A DNA stretch of 64,000 nt from assembly GCA_947459205.1 (NCBI GenBank), contig CANHCR010000008.1, positions 7,216-71,215 on the forward strand, read 5' to 3'. A model generated the notes under the pieces. That model had not been told where the DNA came from, ran no database searches, and saw only the letters and a program-made list of their open reading frames with translations. Of this stretch, positions 20,140 to 33,585 are shown piece by piece; the stretch's first letter is position 1, and every line of letters starts with the position of its first letter. The DNA comes from Bacillales bacterium (lineage in GTDB: Bacteria > Bacillota > Bacilli > Paenibacillales > CANHCR01). A program made the translations under genes and the position numbers.

Positions 20140-20687
20140 GCGCCTCGTCACTAGTAGCTAAACGCTATGCAAGAGCATTGTTTTATGTGGCAAAGGAAAA
20201 AGCTTTAGTTGCCGAAGTAGAGAAAAGTTTACAACTCGTATCGTCAGTTCTGAAATCTGATTCGCAACTAATAGCATTTCTTGCACATCCTGGTTTTGAA
20301 TTGAAACAAAAACATCAATTGATTGAACAGATTTTCGCTAAATCAGTAGATGAAAACGTGATCGATACGCTGAAGTTAATGTGCGATCGACGGAGAACAG
20401 CGCAAATCGAAGAATTGGCACTTCATTTCAGCAAAATTGCTAGTCATGAACTTGGTCAGGCTGATGCTGAAGTAGTAAGTGCAAAACCGTTAACCGAGAA
20501 AGAACTGCTTGAAATTGGTACGACATTTACGCGAATTCTTGGCAAAGAGGTGCGCTTAACATCATCAATTAACAAAGAATTGATTGGTGGAATTCAAGTG
20601 CGTGTCGGAGATACACTTTATGACGGAACAATCGCTGGCAAACTTTCGCGATTACAGAAGACATTGCAAGAATCACAAGCATTGTAG
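20136..20687 (+). CDS. atpH: F1 subunit delta
   Basis: VAKRYARAL, LIGGIQVRVGD.LYDGT. Confidence 0.95.
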   Translation: MSASSLVAKRYARALFYVAKEKALVAEVEKSLQLVSSVLKSDSQLIAFLAHPGFELKQKHQLIEQIFAKSVDENVIDTLKLMCDRRRTAQIEELALHFSKIASHELGQADAEVVSAKPLTEKELLEIGTTFTRILGKEVRLTSSINKELIGGIQVRVGDTLYDGTIAGKLSRLQKTLQESQAL

Positions 20688-20698
20688 ATTAGGGGTGA

Positions 20699-22216
<1,518 letters not shown>

Positions 22217-22234
22217 TGATTGAGGTGAACAACA

Positions 22235-23095
22235 ATGGCTAAGGGCATGCGTGAGATTAAACGCAAAATCAAAAGTGTCCAGAACACGAAACAAATTACG
22301 AAGGCAATGGAAATGGTTGCAGCAGCAAAATTGCGTCGTGCTCAAGAGGCTGCGCAAAATGCTCGTCCATATGCTGACACCCTGAAAGAAGTTGTTGCGA
22401 ATATCGCAGCGGGTTCGAAAGGTGTTAAACATCCGATGTTGCAATCGCGCGCAATCAAAAAAACAGGATACTTGATCATCACTTCAGATCGTGGTTTGGC
22501 TGGTGGTTACAATGCCAACGTTTTACGAAATTTGATTCGGACGATTGCAGAGCGACATACTTCAACAGACCAATATTGTTTGTTTGTCGTCGGTCGTAAA
22601 GGACGCGACTATCTTCGTCGACGTAACTTGCCAATCGTGGAAGTAGTCACAGGATTGCCAGACAATCCAACGTTTGCTGACATCAAACAGATCGCTTCAC
22701 TAGCTGTTTCACAGTTTGCTGATGGAACATTTGATGAATTGTACATTCATTACAACCAATTCATCAATGCAATTACACAAAGAGCGGTTGAAAAGCGATT
22801 GCTTCCTTTGGATGATGTATCTTCAAATAAACAAGTGACATCTTATGAGTACGAGCCATCTGCAGAAGAAGTGCTCGAAGTGCTCTTGCCGAAATATACC
22901 GAGACACTCATTTATAGTGCTGTGTTGGATGGTAAGGCAAGTGAATTCGGTGCTCGTATGACAGCGATGGGCAACGCCACGAAGAATGCTACAAAGTTGA
23001 TTCAAACATTGACATTAACATACAATCGCGCGCGACAAGCTGCGATTACACAAGAAATTACAGAAATTGTGGCTGGTGCGAACGCACAGTCATAA
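22235..23095 (+). CDS. atpG: F1 subunit gamma
   Basis: [35 protein letters not shown]. Confidence 0.98.
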   Translation: MAKGMREIKRKIKSVQNTKQITKAMEMVAAAKLRRAQEAAQNARPYADTLKEVVANIAAGSKGVKHPMLQSRAIKKTGYLIITSDRGLAGGYNANVLRNLIRTIAERHTSTDQYCLFVVGRKGRDYLRRRNLPIVEVVTGLPDNPTFADIKQIASLAVSQFADGTFDELYIHYNQFINAITQRAVEKRLLPLDDVSSNKQVTSYEYEPSAEEVLEVLLPKYTETLIYSAVLDGKASEFGARMTAMGNATKNATKLIQTLTLTYNRARQAAITQEITEIVAGANAQS

Positions 23096-24532
<1,437 letters not shown>

Positions 24533-24555
24533 GAACCTACGCAGGAGGGATGAGC

Positions 24556-24966
24556 ATGGCAAGCATGTTGTTGGAAATTGTAACACCTGAACGTAAAGTG
24601 TACAGCAAACAAGTGGATATGGTCATTGCTCGCGGTGTTTCCGGTGATTTGGGGATTTTGCCGAATCACATTCCGTTTGTCACGACATTGAAAATCGCTC
24701 CGCTCCGAATTAAAGATGGCGCGGCTGAAGATTGGATTGCTGTAAACGGCGGGTTCATGCAAGTGGCGAAGGATAAAGTAGTGATTCTCGCTGAGAGTGC
24801 CGAACTTGCGGACGACATCAATTTGGAACGAGCTGAATCTGCAAAAAGTCGTGCAGAATCACGCATTTCATCCAAACAAGAAGCGATTGACTTCAAAAGA
24901 GCGGAGATTGCATTGCAGAAAGCGGTCAACCGTATCGAAGTTGGAGCTCATCGAAAATTGATGTAA
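24556..24966 (+). CDS. atpC: F1 subunit epsilon
   Basis: LEIVTPER, GDLGILPNH; start 24550 or 24556. Confidence 0.96.
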   Translation: MASMLLEIVTPERKVYSKQVDMVIARGVSGDLGILPNHIPFVTTLKIAPLRIKDGAAEDWIAVNGGFMQVAKDKVVILAESAELADDINLERAESAKSRAESRISSKQEAIDFKRAEIALQKAVNRIEVGAHRKLM

Positions 24967-24996
24967 CTGCGCAATGAACAACTGAATACATGATCG

Positions 24997-25031
24997 AGCA
25001 ACAAAAGAGCGAATCTTTTGTTGCTTTTTTC
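24997..25031 (+). terminator. atp operon terminator
   Basis: AGCAACAAAAGA-GCGAA-TCTTTTGTTGCT followed by a T run. Confidence 0.85.
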
Positions 25032-25044
25032 TTTTTTTATAACA

Positions 25045-25073
25045 TAGACACCTAGTCATGCCTTTGCTATAAT
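25045..25073 (+). promoter_or_regulatory. sigma-A promoter of nuo operon
   Basis: TAGACA-17 nt-TATAAT with extended -10 TG. Confidence 0.65.
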
Positions 25074-25135
25074 GTAACTTGACTATTAGCATATATTTTG
25101 CAACGTATAAGAATAAACTATAGGAGCGCGATGGA

Positions 25136-25507
25136 ATGGCTGAGTATATCAATAATTATGTAATTGTCGCCATCTTTATCGGTTTGGGAATATTCCTTCC
25201 CGTGGCGGCACTGACAATTGGGCGTATTTTGCGTCCAAATAAACCGTATCATGAAAAATTGACGACTTATGAAAGTGGAAATGATCCGATTGGTGGAAGC
25301 CAGGTGCGCTTTAACGTTCGGTACTACATTTTTGCTTTGATGTTCGTCATTTTTGATGTAGAGACCGTTTTTCTTTATCCTTGGGCGGTGGCGCATAAGT
25401 CGCTCGGTTTGTTTGCTTTAATTGAAATGCTTGTGTTCGTCTTCTTGCTAATAGTTGGACTTATATATGCTTGGAGAAAGAAGGTGCTCAGATGGACTTC
25501 GATTTAG
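25136..25507 (+). CDS. nuoA: NADH-quinone oxidoreductase subunit A
   Basis: [21 protein letters not shown]. Confidence 0.96.
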   Translation: MAEYINNYVIVAIFIGLGIFLPVAALTIGRILRPNKPYHEKLTTYESGNDPIGGSQVRFNVRYYIFALMFVIFDVETVFLYPWAVAHKSLGLFALIEMLVFVFLLIVGLIYAWRKKVLRWTSI

Positions 25508-26010
25508 CTTCTATTTCACCAGAAGAAAGAAAAGAACTCGACCGCAACGTGTTTATGACAACGCTTGAGCAACTGAAAGCGTGGGCGCGTAGCAATTCGC
25601 TTTGGCCACTTACGTTTGGCCTTGCATGTTGTGGAATTGAAATGATGGCGACCGGCGCATCTCACTATGACTTGGATCGCTTCGGTGTTATTTTCCGTAC
25701 CTCCCCGCGTCAGTCGGACGTCATGATTGTGGCGGGTACGGTAACGAAAAAAATGGCGCCACTTTTGCGCAGACTTTATGATCAAATGCCTGAACCAAAA
25801 TGGGTGATTGCGATGGGTTCTTGTGCAACCGCAGGCGGTCCCTACATCAAATCATATGCGGTAGTAAAAGGCGTCGACCAAATTGTTCCTGTAGATGTCT
25901 ATATTCCAGGATGTCCGCCGAATCCGGCTGCGCTTATTTATGGAATTAATAAGCTTCAAGAAAAAATTCGTTATGAAGCGAAAACCGGTAAGCAGGTGAC
26001 TAATCTATGA
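25492..26010 (+). CDS. nuoB: NADH-quinone oxidoreductase subunit B
   Basis: [23 protein letters not shown]. Confidence 0.97.
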   Translation: MDFDLASISPEERKELDRNVFMTTLEQLKAWARSNSLWPLTFGLACCGIEMMATGASHYDLDRFGVIFRTSPRQSDVMIVAGTVTKKMAPLLRRLYDQMPEPKWVIAMGSCATAGGPYIKSYAVVKGVDQIVPVDVYIPGCPPNPAALIYGINKLQEKIRYEAKTGKQVTNL

Positions 26011-26651
26011 GTGATGAGAATAAAGAATCTGCGAAACCTCCGATGACCGACGAGGAACGAGCAGCGAAGATAAAGGCGGCTGAGGAAGCGCGTGCGGCAC
26101 GTGCAGCTGCAAAACAAGCGGAAGCAGCGGCGGCAGGTGGCGATGGTGAGGAAGCACCACCGAAACAACCTTCTCCTAATCAACCGAAATTAGATCGAAT
26201 CGTTCAATTGATAACTGAACATGTGAATGCAGATGCGGTGGAAGAGTCATTTATTAATGAGCGTGACCGTGATTTGCCGTATGTAATCATCAAAGCTGAA
26301 CACTGGGTTACATCTGCACAATTGTTGCGGGATGAACCTTCGCTCCATTTTAATTATTTACGCAATTTGAGTGGTGTCGATCAAGAGACTCACATCGAGG
26401 TTGTTTACCACCTCTTATCTTTGGACCATGTCCATGAAGTTTGCGTGAAAGTAAAGACGGAGCGTGATGCGGCATCTGTGCCGTCTGTTACACCGGTTTG
26501 GCCGACTGCTAACTGGAATGAACGAGAAGTGTTTGATTTGTTGGGTGTTGATTTTCCAGGACACCCCGATTTACGTCGCATTATGATGCCGGATGATTGG
26601 GTCGGTTATCCGTTGCGTAAAGATTATGAGCCATTAGATCCGGAGGTGTAG
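26007..26651 (+). CDS. nuoC: NADH-quinone oxidoreductase subunit C
   Basis: [29 protein letters not shown]; Ala-rich N-terminal extension. Confidence 0.95.
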   Translation: MSDENKESAKPPMTDEERAAKIKAAEEARAARAAAKQAEAAAAGGDGEEAPPKQPSPNQPKLDRIVQLITEHVNADAVEESFINERDRDLPYVIIKAEHWVTSAQLLRDEPSLHFNYLRNLSGVDQETHIEVVYHLLSLDHVHEVCVKVKTERDAASVPSVTPVWPTANWNEREVFDLLGVDFPGHPDLRRIMMPDDWVGYPLRKDYEPLDPEV

Positions 26652-26653
26652 TC

Positions 26654-27751
26654 TTGATTCGCACAGAAGAGTTATTACTGAATGTAGGACCTCAGCATCC
26701 GAGTACGCACGGGGTATTTCGTATCATCGTCAAACTTGACGGTGAGGTGATTACTGAAGCGACGCCGGTGATGGGGTATTTGCATCGCGGGACCGAGAAA
26801 CTCGCGGAAAATTTAACTTATACGCAAATCATTCCTTACACGGACCGCATGGACTATGTAGCGGCAATGACGAACAATTATGTTATTTGTAATGCCGTCG
26901 AGACGTTGATGGGATTGGAAATTCCTGAGCGCGCTCAATATTTGCGTCTTATCGTGATGGAGTTACAGCGGATCGCCAGCCATATGTTGTGGTGGGGTAC
27001 GTATCTACTCGATATCGGCGCGATGAGTCCGTTTCTATTCGCCTTCCGCGACCGCGAAATGATCATTAACATGTTCAATGAATTGTGTGGTGCGCGATTG
27101 ACATACAACTACATGCGTATCGGTGGCGTGAAGTGGGATGCGCCAGACGGTTGGATTGATAAAGTACGCGACTATGTCAAATATATGAAAGAAAAATTGA
27201 ATCAATACCATGACCTTGTGACAGGTAACGAGATTTTCCTCGCCCGTATCAAAGGGATTGGTGCTTACGATGGCAAAACAGCGATTGAGTACGGTCTGAG
27301 TGGAGCAAACTTGCGCGGTTCAGGTGTTCAATGGGATTTGCGCAAAAACCAACCATATTGTATTTATGATCGCTTCGAGTTTGATGTGCCTGTTGGCAAG
27401 AACGGCGACTGTTTCGATCGCTACAATGTGCGCATGGAAGAAATTCGCCAATCGCTTCGTATTCTCGAACAAGCGGTTGAGCAAGTGCCGGAAGGCGAGA
27501 CGATGGGCAAAGTGCCGCGCGTATTGCGTGTTCCTGAAGGTGAAGCCTACTCGCGAATTGAATCTCCACGTGGCGAAATCGGTTGCTACATCGTATCGCG
27601 CGGTAAGGACAAACCGTTCCGCCTGAAGTTCCGCAGACCATCTTTCGTCAATTTGCAAATTTTACCGAAGTTGCTCGTCGGTGAAAACATGACCAACCTG
27701 ATTACCATTCTCGGCGGCATTGATATCGTCGTAGGGGAGGTTGATTGCTAA
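26654..27751 (+). CDS. nuoD: NADH-quinone oxidoreductase subunit D
   Basis: GPQHPSTHGV, GYLHRGTEK, ESPRGE. Confidence 0.97.
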   Translation: MIRTEELLLNVGPQHPSTHGVFRIIVKLDGEVITEATPVMGYLHRGTEKLAENLTYTQIIPYTDRMDYVAAMTNNYVICNAVETLMGLEIPERAQYLRLIVMELQRIASHMLWWGTYLLDIGAMSPFLFAFRDREMIINMFNELCGARLTYNYMRIGGVKWDAPDGWIDKVRDYVKYMKEKLNQYHDLVTGNEIFLARIKGIGAYDGKTAIEYGLSGANLRGSGVQWDLRKNQPYCIYDRFEFDVPVGKNGDCFDRYNVRMEEIRQSLRILEQAVEQVPEGETMGKVPRVLRVPEGEAYSRIESPRGEIGCYIVSRGKDKPFRLKFRRPSFVNLQILPKLLVGENMTNLITILGGIDIVVGEVDC

Positions 27752-28758
27752 TGGAGAGTTTGCTCCAAGAAACGTTATCATTAAAAACGTTCGCATTTTT
27801 TCTGTTGATTGGCGTCACAACATTGGCCATTGTACTCGGTTTCGTCACATACGCTATCTACTTTGAGCGCAAAGTTATCGGTTGGATGCAGTTCCGTATC
27901 GGACCGAACCGCGTGGGCCCTCTCGGCTTGCTACAATCGGTCGCCGACGTCACCAAGTTGCTGATGAAGGAAGACACAATCCCGAATGAAGCGGACCGCA
28001 CGCTTTTTAAATTGGCACCAGTTATCGTTTATGTGCCAGCGTTTTCTGTACTAGCTACGTTTCCTTTTACGGAAACATTGTATTTAGCGGATTTGAATAT
28101 CGGACTTTTGTACTACATTGCGATTTCCGGTATCTCGACACTCGGTATCGTCGTTGGTGGTTGGGCCTCCAACAATAAATATTCGTTGCTTGGCGGTATG
28201 CGCTCGGCAGCGCAAATGATTAGTTACGAAGTGCCATTAGTCACTTCAGTCGTAGGTGTGATTTTGCTTACAGGTAGCCTCAACCTTCATGACATTGTTA
28301 CCAATCAAGGTGACAACATTTGGGAGTGGAACTTGTTTCCGCAAATTATTGGCTTCATTGTTTTCACGATTGCTGCCATTTCCGAATTGAACCGCACGCC
28401 GTTCGACTTACCAGAAGCAGAATCAGAATTGGTTGCTGGTTATCACGTTGAATATAGCGGCTTCCGCTTTGCATTTTTCATGCTCGCCGAATATGTGTAC
28501 GTGTTCGCCATCGCATCGTTGGCAACCATCTTATTCTTAGGCGGTTGGTATCCGCCGCTTGCTATGCTTGATTTCATTCCGGGCATCGTTTGGTTCCTTT
28601 TGAAATTCACAGCGATCGTCTTCTTCCTATTCTGGATTCGTGCAACATTGCCGCGAATTCGCGTCGATCAGTTGATGGGCTTGGGATGGAGAGTTCTGTT
28701 GCCACTCGCACTATTCAACATTTTCTTGACGGCGATTGTCGAGTTCGTACTTCGCTGA
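27751..28758 (+). CDS. nuoH: NADH-quinone oxidoreductase subunit H
   Basis: ERKVIGWMQ.RIGPNRVG, PFDLPEAESELVAGYHVEYSG. Confidence 0.97.
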   Translation: MESLLQETLSLKTFAFFLLIGVTTLAIVLGFVTYAIYFERKVIGWMQFRIGPNRVGPLGLLQSVADVTKLLMKEDTIPNEADRTLFKLAPVIVYVPAFSVLATFPFTETLYLADLNIGLLYYIAISGISTLGIVVGGWASNNKYSLLGGMRSAAQMISYEVPLVTSVVGVILLTGSLNLHDIVTNQGDNIWEWNLFPQIIGFIVFTIAAISELNRTPFDLPEAESELVAGYHVEYSGFRFAFFMLAEYVYVFAIASLATILFLGGWYPPLAMLDFIPGIVWFLLKFTAIVFFLFWIRATLPRIRVDQLMGLGWRVLLPLALFNIFLTAIVEFVLR

Positions 28759-28787
28759 TTCTAACTATTTAGATAGGGGGATGCTCC

Positions 28788-29231
28788 ATGAAAGGTATAG
28801 TCAAAGGACTTGGCGTCACGTTGAAGTCGATGGTTGAAAAGAAAATCACTTACGCCTATCCTGATGTCCCGCTAGAGATGCCCGACCGTTTTCGCGGCAT
28901 TCAACATTTTGATCCGGAAAAATGCATTGTTTGTAATCAATGCGCTCGTATTTGCCCAACCGACTGCATCACGTTGACCGGCAAACCGAATCCTGATCCT
29001 GAGAAAAAAGGGAAAGTCATCGACACATATGATATTAATTTCGAAATTTGTATACTTTGCGATTTGTGTACGGAAGTATGTCCGACAGAAGCAATCGTAA
29101 TGACGAACAACTTCGAACTCAGTACGTACAGTCGTGATGAGTTGTTTAAAAATTTACAGTGGCTGAATGATAACAATACGAACATTCGCAAAGAGAACAA
29201 TTCGGCTATGGATAAAGGGGGCGCCAAGTAA
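28788..29231 (+). CDS. nuoI: NADH-quinone oxidoreductase subunit I
   Basis: two CxxCxxCxxxCP ferredoxin motifs. Confidence 0.96.
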   Translation: MKGIVKGLGVTLKSMVEKKITYAYPDVPLEMPDRFRGIQHFDPEKCIVCNQCARICPTDCITLTGKPNPDPEKKGKVIDTYDINFEICILCDLCTEVCPTEAIVMTNNFELSTYSRDELFKNLQWLNDNNTNIRKENNSAMDKGGAK

Positions 29232-29737
29232 TGTGGAGTGCCGGCTTTATCGTATTTTTTGTACTTTCCTTGCTGACCATTGCTGGCGCATTATTCATGA
29301 TCAGTTTGAATCGTGTCGTTCACATGGTATTGGCGCTTTCACTCTCGTTTATAAGCATCGCTGGACTATACATTTTGCTTGATGCAGAGTTCCTTGCATT
29401 CGTACAAGTGCTAATTTATGCCGGTGCGATTTCGATTTTGATGATTTTCGGAATTATGATGACGAAACATAGCGAAGAAGAGACCGAAGAGCCGAAGAAA
29501 CCGTGGCAAAATGTGTTGACTGCCGTTGGGGTGATCGGATTCTTCGGTATCATCATGTATGCGATTCAATCAACGACGATTGTCACGGAAAAAAAAGATT
29601 TCACGCAAATCGATACGGTCAAAGAAATCGGAATGGCGATTTTCCAAAAGCATGTCATTCCGTTTGAGTTGATTTCTTTATTGCTGACTGTAGCACTCAT
29701 TGGTGCAATCATTTTGGCCAAAAGGGAGGAAGAATAG
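29231..29737 (+). CDS. nuoJ: NADH-quinone oxidoreductase subunit J
   Basis: AEFLAFVQVLIYAGAI, PFELISLLL. Confidence 0.95.
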   Translation: MWSAGFIVFFVLSLLTIAGALFMISLNRVVHMVLALSLSFISIAGLYILLDAEFLAFVQVLIYAGAISILMIFGIMMTKHSEEETEEPKKPWQNVLTAVGVIGFFGIIMYAIQSTTIVTEKKDFTQIDTVKEIGMAIFQKHVIPFELISLLLTVALIGAIILAKREEE

Positions 29738-30055
29738 ATGGAAGCCTCTCTTACGTCCTATCTTGCTCTCGGTGCATTTCTGTTTTGTATCGGTTTGTAC
29801 GGTGCGCTCACTAAGAAAAACGCGGTGATCGTTCTGCTCTGTATTGAATTGATGTTGAATGCGGCTAACATAAACTTGGTGGCGTTTAACAAGTTCAGCG
29901 TCAGTGTAACTCAGGATCTGACCGGACAAATCTTTTCGTTGTTCAACATTGCCATCGCAGCTGCGGAGGCGGCGGTAGCAGTCGCTATCTTGATTGCCTT
30001 GTACCGCGCGCGCGCTACGAGCAACATGTATGAAATCAACGAACTTAAGGATTAG
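29738..30055 (+). CDS. nuoK: NADH-quinone oxidoreductase subunit K
   Basis: [19 protein letters not shown]. Confidence 0.96.
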   Translation: MEASLTSYLALGAFLFCIGLYGALTKKNAVIVLLCIELMLNAANINLVAFNKFSVSVTQDLTGQIFSLFNIAIAAAEAAVAVAILIALYRARATSNMYEINELKD

Positions 30056-30094
30056 GAATAGATCCATTCGCAGTTTGAGGAGGAACGATCATTC

Positions 30095-31978
30095 ATGGAG
30101 TCAATGTTTACCCCGTATGCTTGGTTAATACCGATTTTGCCGCTGTTGGCATTTGTGGTATTACTCGTGCTCGGCAAGACAAACAAAACATTCGGGATTT
30201 CTTTTAGTATTGCAGCGATTTTTGCTTCATTCGTGTTGTCGCTCTTGATATTTTGGGAGCGTTTGGCTGATAACGCCAGCAACTACGTTTGGGATGGCTG
30301 GAACTGGCTAGAAATCGGCTCGTTTCAAATTAGTCTCGGTTTTGAAATAAACAATCTTAACGCGATGATGTTAGTCATTGTGACGGTCGTTAGTTTGCTC
30401 GTACATATATACTCCGTTGGATATATGCATGATGATGAGCGCAAGACCACCTTTTTCAGCTATATTGCACTGTTCACGTTTTCCATGCTTGGTTTGGTCA
30501 TCGCTGAAAATATCGTGCAACTGTTCATCTTTTGGGAATTGGTTGGTGTCTGCTCCTTTTTGCTTGTCGGCTTTTGGTATTTTAAGCCAGAAGCAAAGGC
30601 TGCGGCGAAGAAAGCGTTTATCGTTACGCGAGTCGGTGATCTCGGCTTTTTTATCGCAATTTTGTTGCTATTCACTTACTTGCCTGAGCCATCGCTCAGT
30701 TTTACGTACATTTCGCAAGTATTTACGACAGATTTGGTCAATCAGATTCCAGATCATATTCAATTTTGGATTGCCCTGTTAATCTTCGTGGGCGCGATCG
30801 GCAAATCAGGTCAATTTCCACTTCATACGTGGTTACCTGATGCAATGGAAGGTCCGACACCTATTTCGGCGCTCATTCACGCTGCTACAATGGTTGCAGC
30901 CGGTGTCTACCTTGTTGCTCGCACATATGATGTGTTTCTTGCTGCGCCTGGAGCACTTGAAGCAGTTGCAATCATCGGTGCATTCACTGCAATCTTTGCG
31001 GCGATCATAGGAGTTACACAAAATGACATCAAGCGCGTACTTGCATATTCAACAGTGAGCCAACTTGGCTACATGATGATGGCACTAGGGTTTGGGACAA
31101 AACTTGCTCTGGCAGCCGCAATGTTCCACTTGCTGACGCACGCGTTTTTCAAAGCCTTGTTGTTCCTTGGAGCGGGAAGTGTGATCCATTCGCTTCACGA
31201 ACAGGATATTCAAAAAATGGGCGGAGCAGGGCGCTACATGAAGGTGACGACAATCACGTTTGCCATCGGTGCATTAGCGTTGTCCGGTATATTCCCGTTG
31301 TCCGGCTTCTGGTCGAAAGATGCAATATTAGTCGAAGCTCTTCATTATCAGGTGATTTTCTTCTTGGTCGGTTCACTTGCGGCGCTGTTTACCGCATTTT
31401 ACATGACGCGCCTCTTTTGTCTCGTATTCCTTGGTGAACATAAAGGAAAGCACAAACCGCATGAATCACCGATTAGCATGACGTTACCTTTAGTTGTGCT
31501 TGCTGTGTTGGCGGTGGTTGCTGGATTCGTCTATACACCGTTTATTCCTTGGCTTGCAACGTGGCTCACTGGCGAAGAAGTCGGCGATCATTTGAGTTGG
31601 ACAGTCATTTTCGTCTCCTCGGGTGCGGCGTTGGCGGGGATTATATTGGGTTGGTTATTTTACGGGAAAAAGGCGATTTCGGCGGACAAAGTCGCGGCCT
31701 CTATTCCATGGCTATATAAACTATCGTTTAACAAGTTCTACATCGATGAGTTATATCAAGTCGCTGTCGTCAAACCACTCAAGGTAGTCAGCTACTTGCT
31801 CGATCGTTTTGATGAATACGTGGTCGACGGCGCTGTACGTTTGACTGCTGGCGCAACAGTATGGTTAGGCGGAGTAGCGTCACGTTTACAAAACGGACAG
31901 ATTCAACTTTATGTGCTTGTTACGATCTTCGGCTTTATCATCTTTGTGCTTGCGCTCATCGGAAGGAGGTTTTGGTAA
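30095..31978 (+). CDS. nuoL: NADH-quinone oxidoreductase subunit L
   Basis: KSGQFPLHTWLPDAMEGPTPISALIHAATMV. Confidence 0.97.
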   Translation: MESMFTPYAWLIPILPLLAFVVLLVLGKTNKTFGISFSIAAIFASFVLSLLIFWERLADNASNYVWDGWNWLEIGSFQISLGFEINNLNAMMLVIVTVVSLLVHIYSVGYMHDDERKTTFFSYIALFTFSMLGLVIAENIVQLFIFWELVGVCSFLLVGFWYFKPEAKAAAKKAFIVTRVGDLGFFIAILLLFTYLPEPSLSFTYISQVFTTDLVNQIPDHIQFWIALLIFVGAIGKSGQFPLHTWLPDAMEGPTPISALIHAATMVAAGVYLVARTYDVFLAAPGALEAVAIIGAFTAIFAAIIGVTQNDIKRVLAYSTVSQLGYMMMALGFGTKLALAAAMFHLLTHAFFKALLFLGAGSVIHSLHEQDIQKMGGAGRYMKVTTITFAIGALALSGIFPLSGFWSKDAILVEALHYQVIFFLVGSLAALFTAFYMTRLFCLVFLGEHKGKHKPHESPISMTLPLVVLAVLAVVAGFVYTPFIPWLATWLTGEEVGDHLSWTVIFVSSGAALAGIILGWLFYGKKAISADKVAASIPWLYKLSFNKFYIDELYQVAVVKPLKVVSYLLDRFDEYVVDGAVRLTAGATVWLGGVASRLQNGQIQLYVLVTIFGFIIFVLALIGRRFW

Positions 31979-33582
31979 TGTTTGAGAACTTTCCGATCTT
32001 GTCTGTCATTACCTTCTCTCCGCTAATCGGTATTTTAATTCTTGCATTCATTAACCGCGAAAACGGCAAATGGTTGCGCATCGTCGGGATTGCAACAACG
32101 TTTATCCCGCTTATACTTACGGGCATCCTTTACTCGCAGTTTAATAAGGCGAGTTCAGCTAGTCAATTTACCGAGCATTTTACTTGGTTGCAATTCCCGT
32201 TAAATTTAGACGGTTTGCGTGTAGAGTCACTCACCCTCGAATTTAACTATTCGCTAGGTGTTGATGGATTCTCATTGCCGCTCTTGCTTTTGACTGCGTT
32301 CATTGTGTCGATGGCGGCGTTTGCCTCAGTCAATATCAAGACTCGCTGGAAGACGTTTTACATTTTGTTCTTATTGCTCGAAATCGGAATTCTTGGCGTT
32401 TTTCTTGCCAAAGACTTGCTCATGTTCTTCATTTTCTTCGAACTCACCCTTGTGCCGATGTTCTTCTTGATAGGCATTTGGGGTTATCAGAACAAAGAAC
32501 GTGCAGCGAACCGCTTCCTCATTTATAACGGTCTCGGTTCAGCAATTATGCTGATCGCGTTTTTGATCATTATCACAACGGCAGGTTTAACTCAAGTAGG
32601 CGATACTGCTAACTATATTTACACTGGATCGATTGACACCATCATGCAAAACTTGAACGATCCAAATTCGTATGCCAACACAAATGTCGAAAATAATCCG
32701 TCGCATTTGAGCGAGGCGATGCAAACGACAGTGTTCATCATGTTGTTGATTGCATTCGGTATCAAATTGCCAATTTTCCCGTTTCATACGTGGATGTTGC
32801 GCGTGCACGCCGAGGCTCCGCCTGCGGTAGTCATGATTCACTCAGGCATTTTGCTCAAAATGGGTGCGTACGGTTTGGTGCGATTCGGTGTGTTGCTATT
32901 TCCCGATCATGCGCTCAATTGGGCGTTCGTTTTGGCTGTACTTGGTGCCATCAACATCATTTACGGTGCCATTAACGCTTTTTCACAAAGCGATTTCAAA
33001 CTGATTCTCGCTTATTCCAGTATCAGTCACATGGGGATTATTCTCATCGGCTTAGCGGCATTCAATGATATTGGTTTCCAAGGGTTAATCATTCAGTTGA
33101 TTTCACATGGTCTAATCTCTGCACTGATGTTTTTACTCGTGGGAAGTTTCTACGAACGAACACAAACGACTGCCATTGACAAACTTGGAGGTCTGGCGAA
33201 AGCTGTACCGTTTATGAGTGCGGCATTATTGTTTGCCGGTATGGCCTTGCTCGGCTTGCCATCACTTTCAGGGTTTGTCGGTGAACTTTTGGCCTTTATG
33301 GCTTTGTTCGAAAAGTATCCTATAGTCACGTTAATCAGTACATTGGGTATTATCCTCGCTGCAGCATATGTATTGCGCGGTGTTATGAAAATTACATTCG
33401 GTCCGTTGGATGAACAATTGCAACAACAAGTCAAACAGGACGCAAGATTAATCGAGGTCATTCCTATGGTATCGCTCATGGCGTTCATCATTTTGCTCGG
33501 TGTATATCCGAGCATTGTGACAGACATTACGCAGGCGACTGTAGTTGACTTTCTCGAGCAAATCTTGAGTAACGGAGGGTAA
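31978..33582 (+). CDS. nuoM: NADH-quinone oxidoreductase subunit M
   Basis: IKLPIFPFHTW, LLKMGAYG, AYSSISHMG; ATG overlaps nuoL stop, GGAGG RBS. Confidence 0.96.
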   Translation: MFENFPILSVITFSPLIGILILAFINRENGKWLRIVGIATTFIPLILTGILYSQFNKASSASQFTEHFTWLQFPLNLDGLRVESLTLEFNYSLGVDGFSLPLLLLTAFIVSMAAFASVNIKTRWKTFYILFLLLEIGILGVFLAKDLLMFFIFFELTLVPMFFLIGIWGYQNKERAANRFLIYNGLGSAIMLIAFLIIITTAGLTQVGDTANYIYTGSIDTIMQNLNDPNSYANTNVENNPSHLSEAMQTTVFIMLLIAFGIKLPIFPFHTWMLRVHAEAPPAVVMIHSGILLKMGAYGLVRFGVLLFPDHALNWAFVLAVLGAINIIYGAINAFSQSDFKLILAYSSISHMGIILIGLAAFNDIGFQGLIIQLISHGLISALMFLLVGSFYERTQTTAIDKLGGLAKAVPFMSAALLFAGMALLGLPSLSGFVGELLAFMALFEKYPIVTLISTLGIILAAAYVLRGVMKITFGPLDEQLQQQVKQDARLIEVIPMVSLMAFIILLGVYPSIVTDITQATVVDFLEQILSNGG

Positions 33583-33585
33583 CCA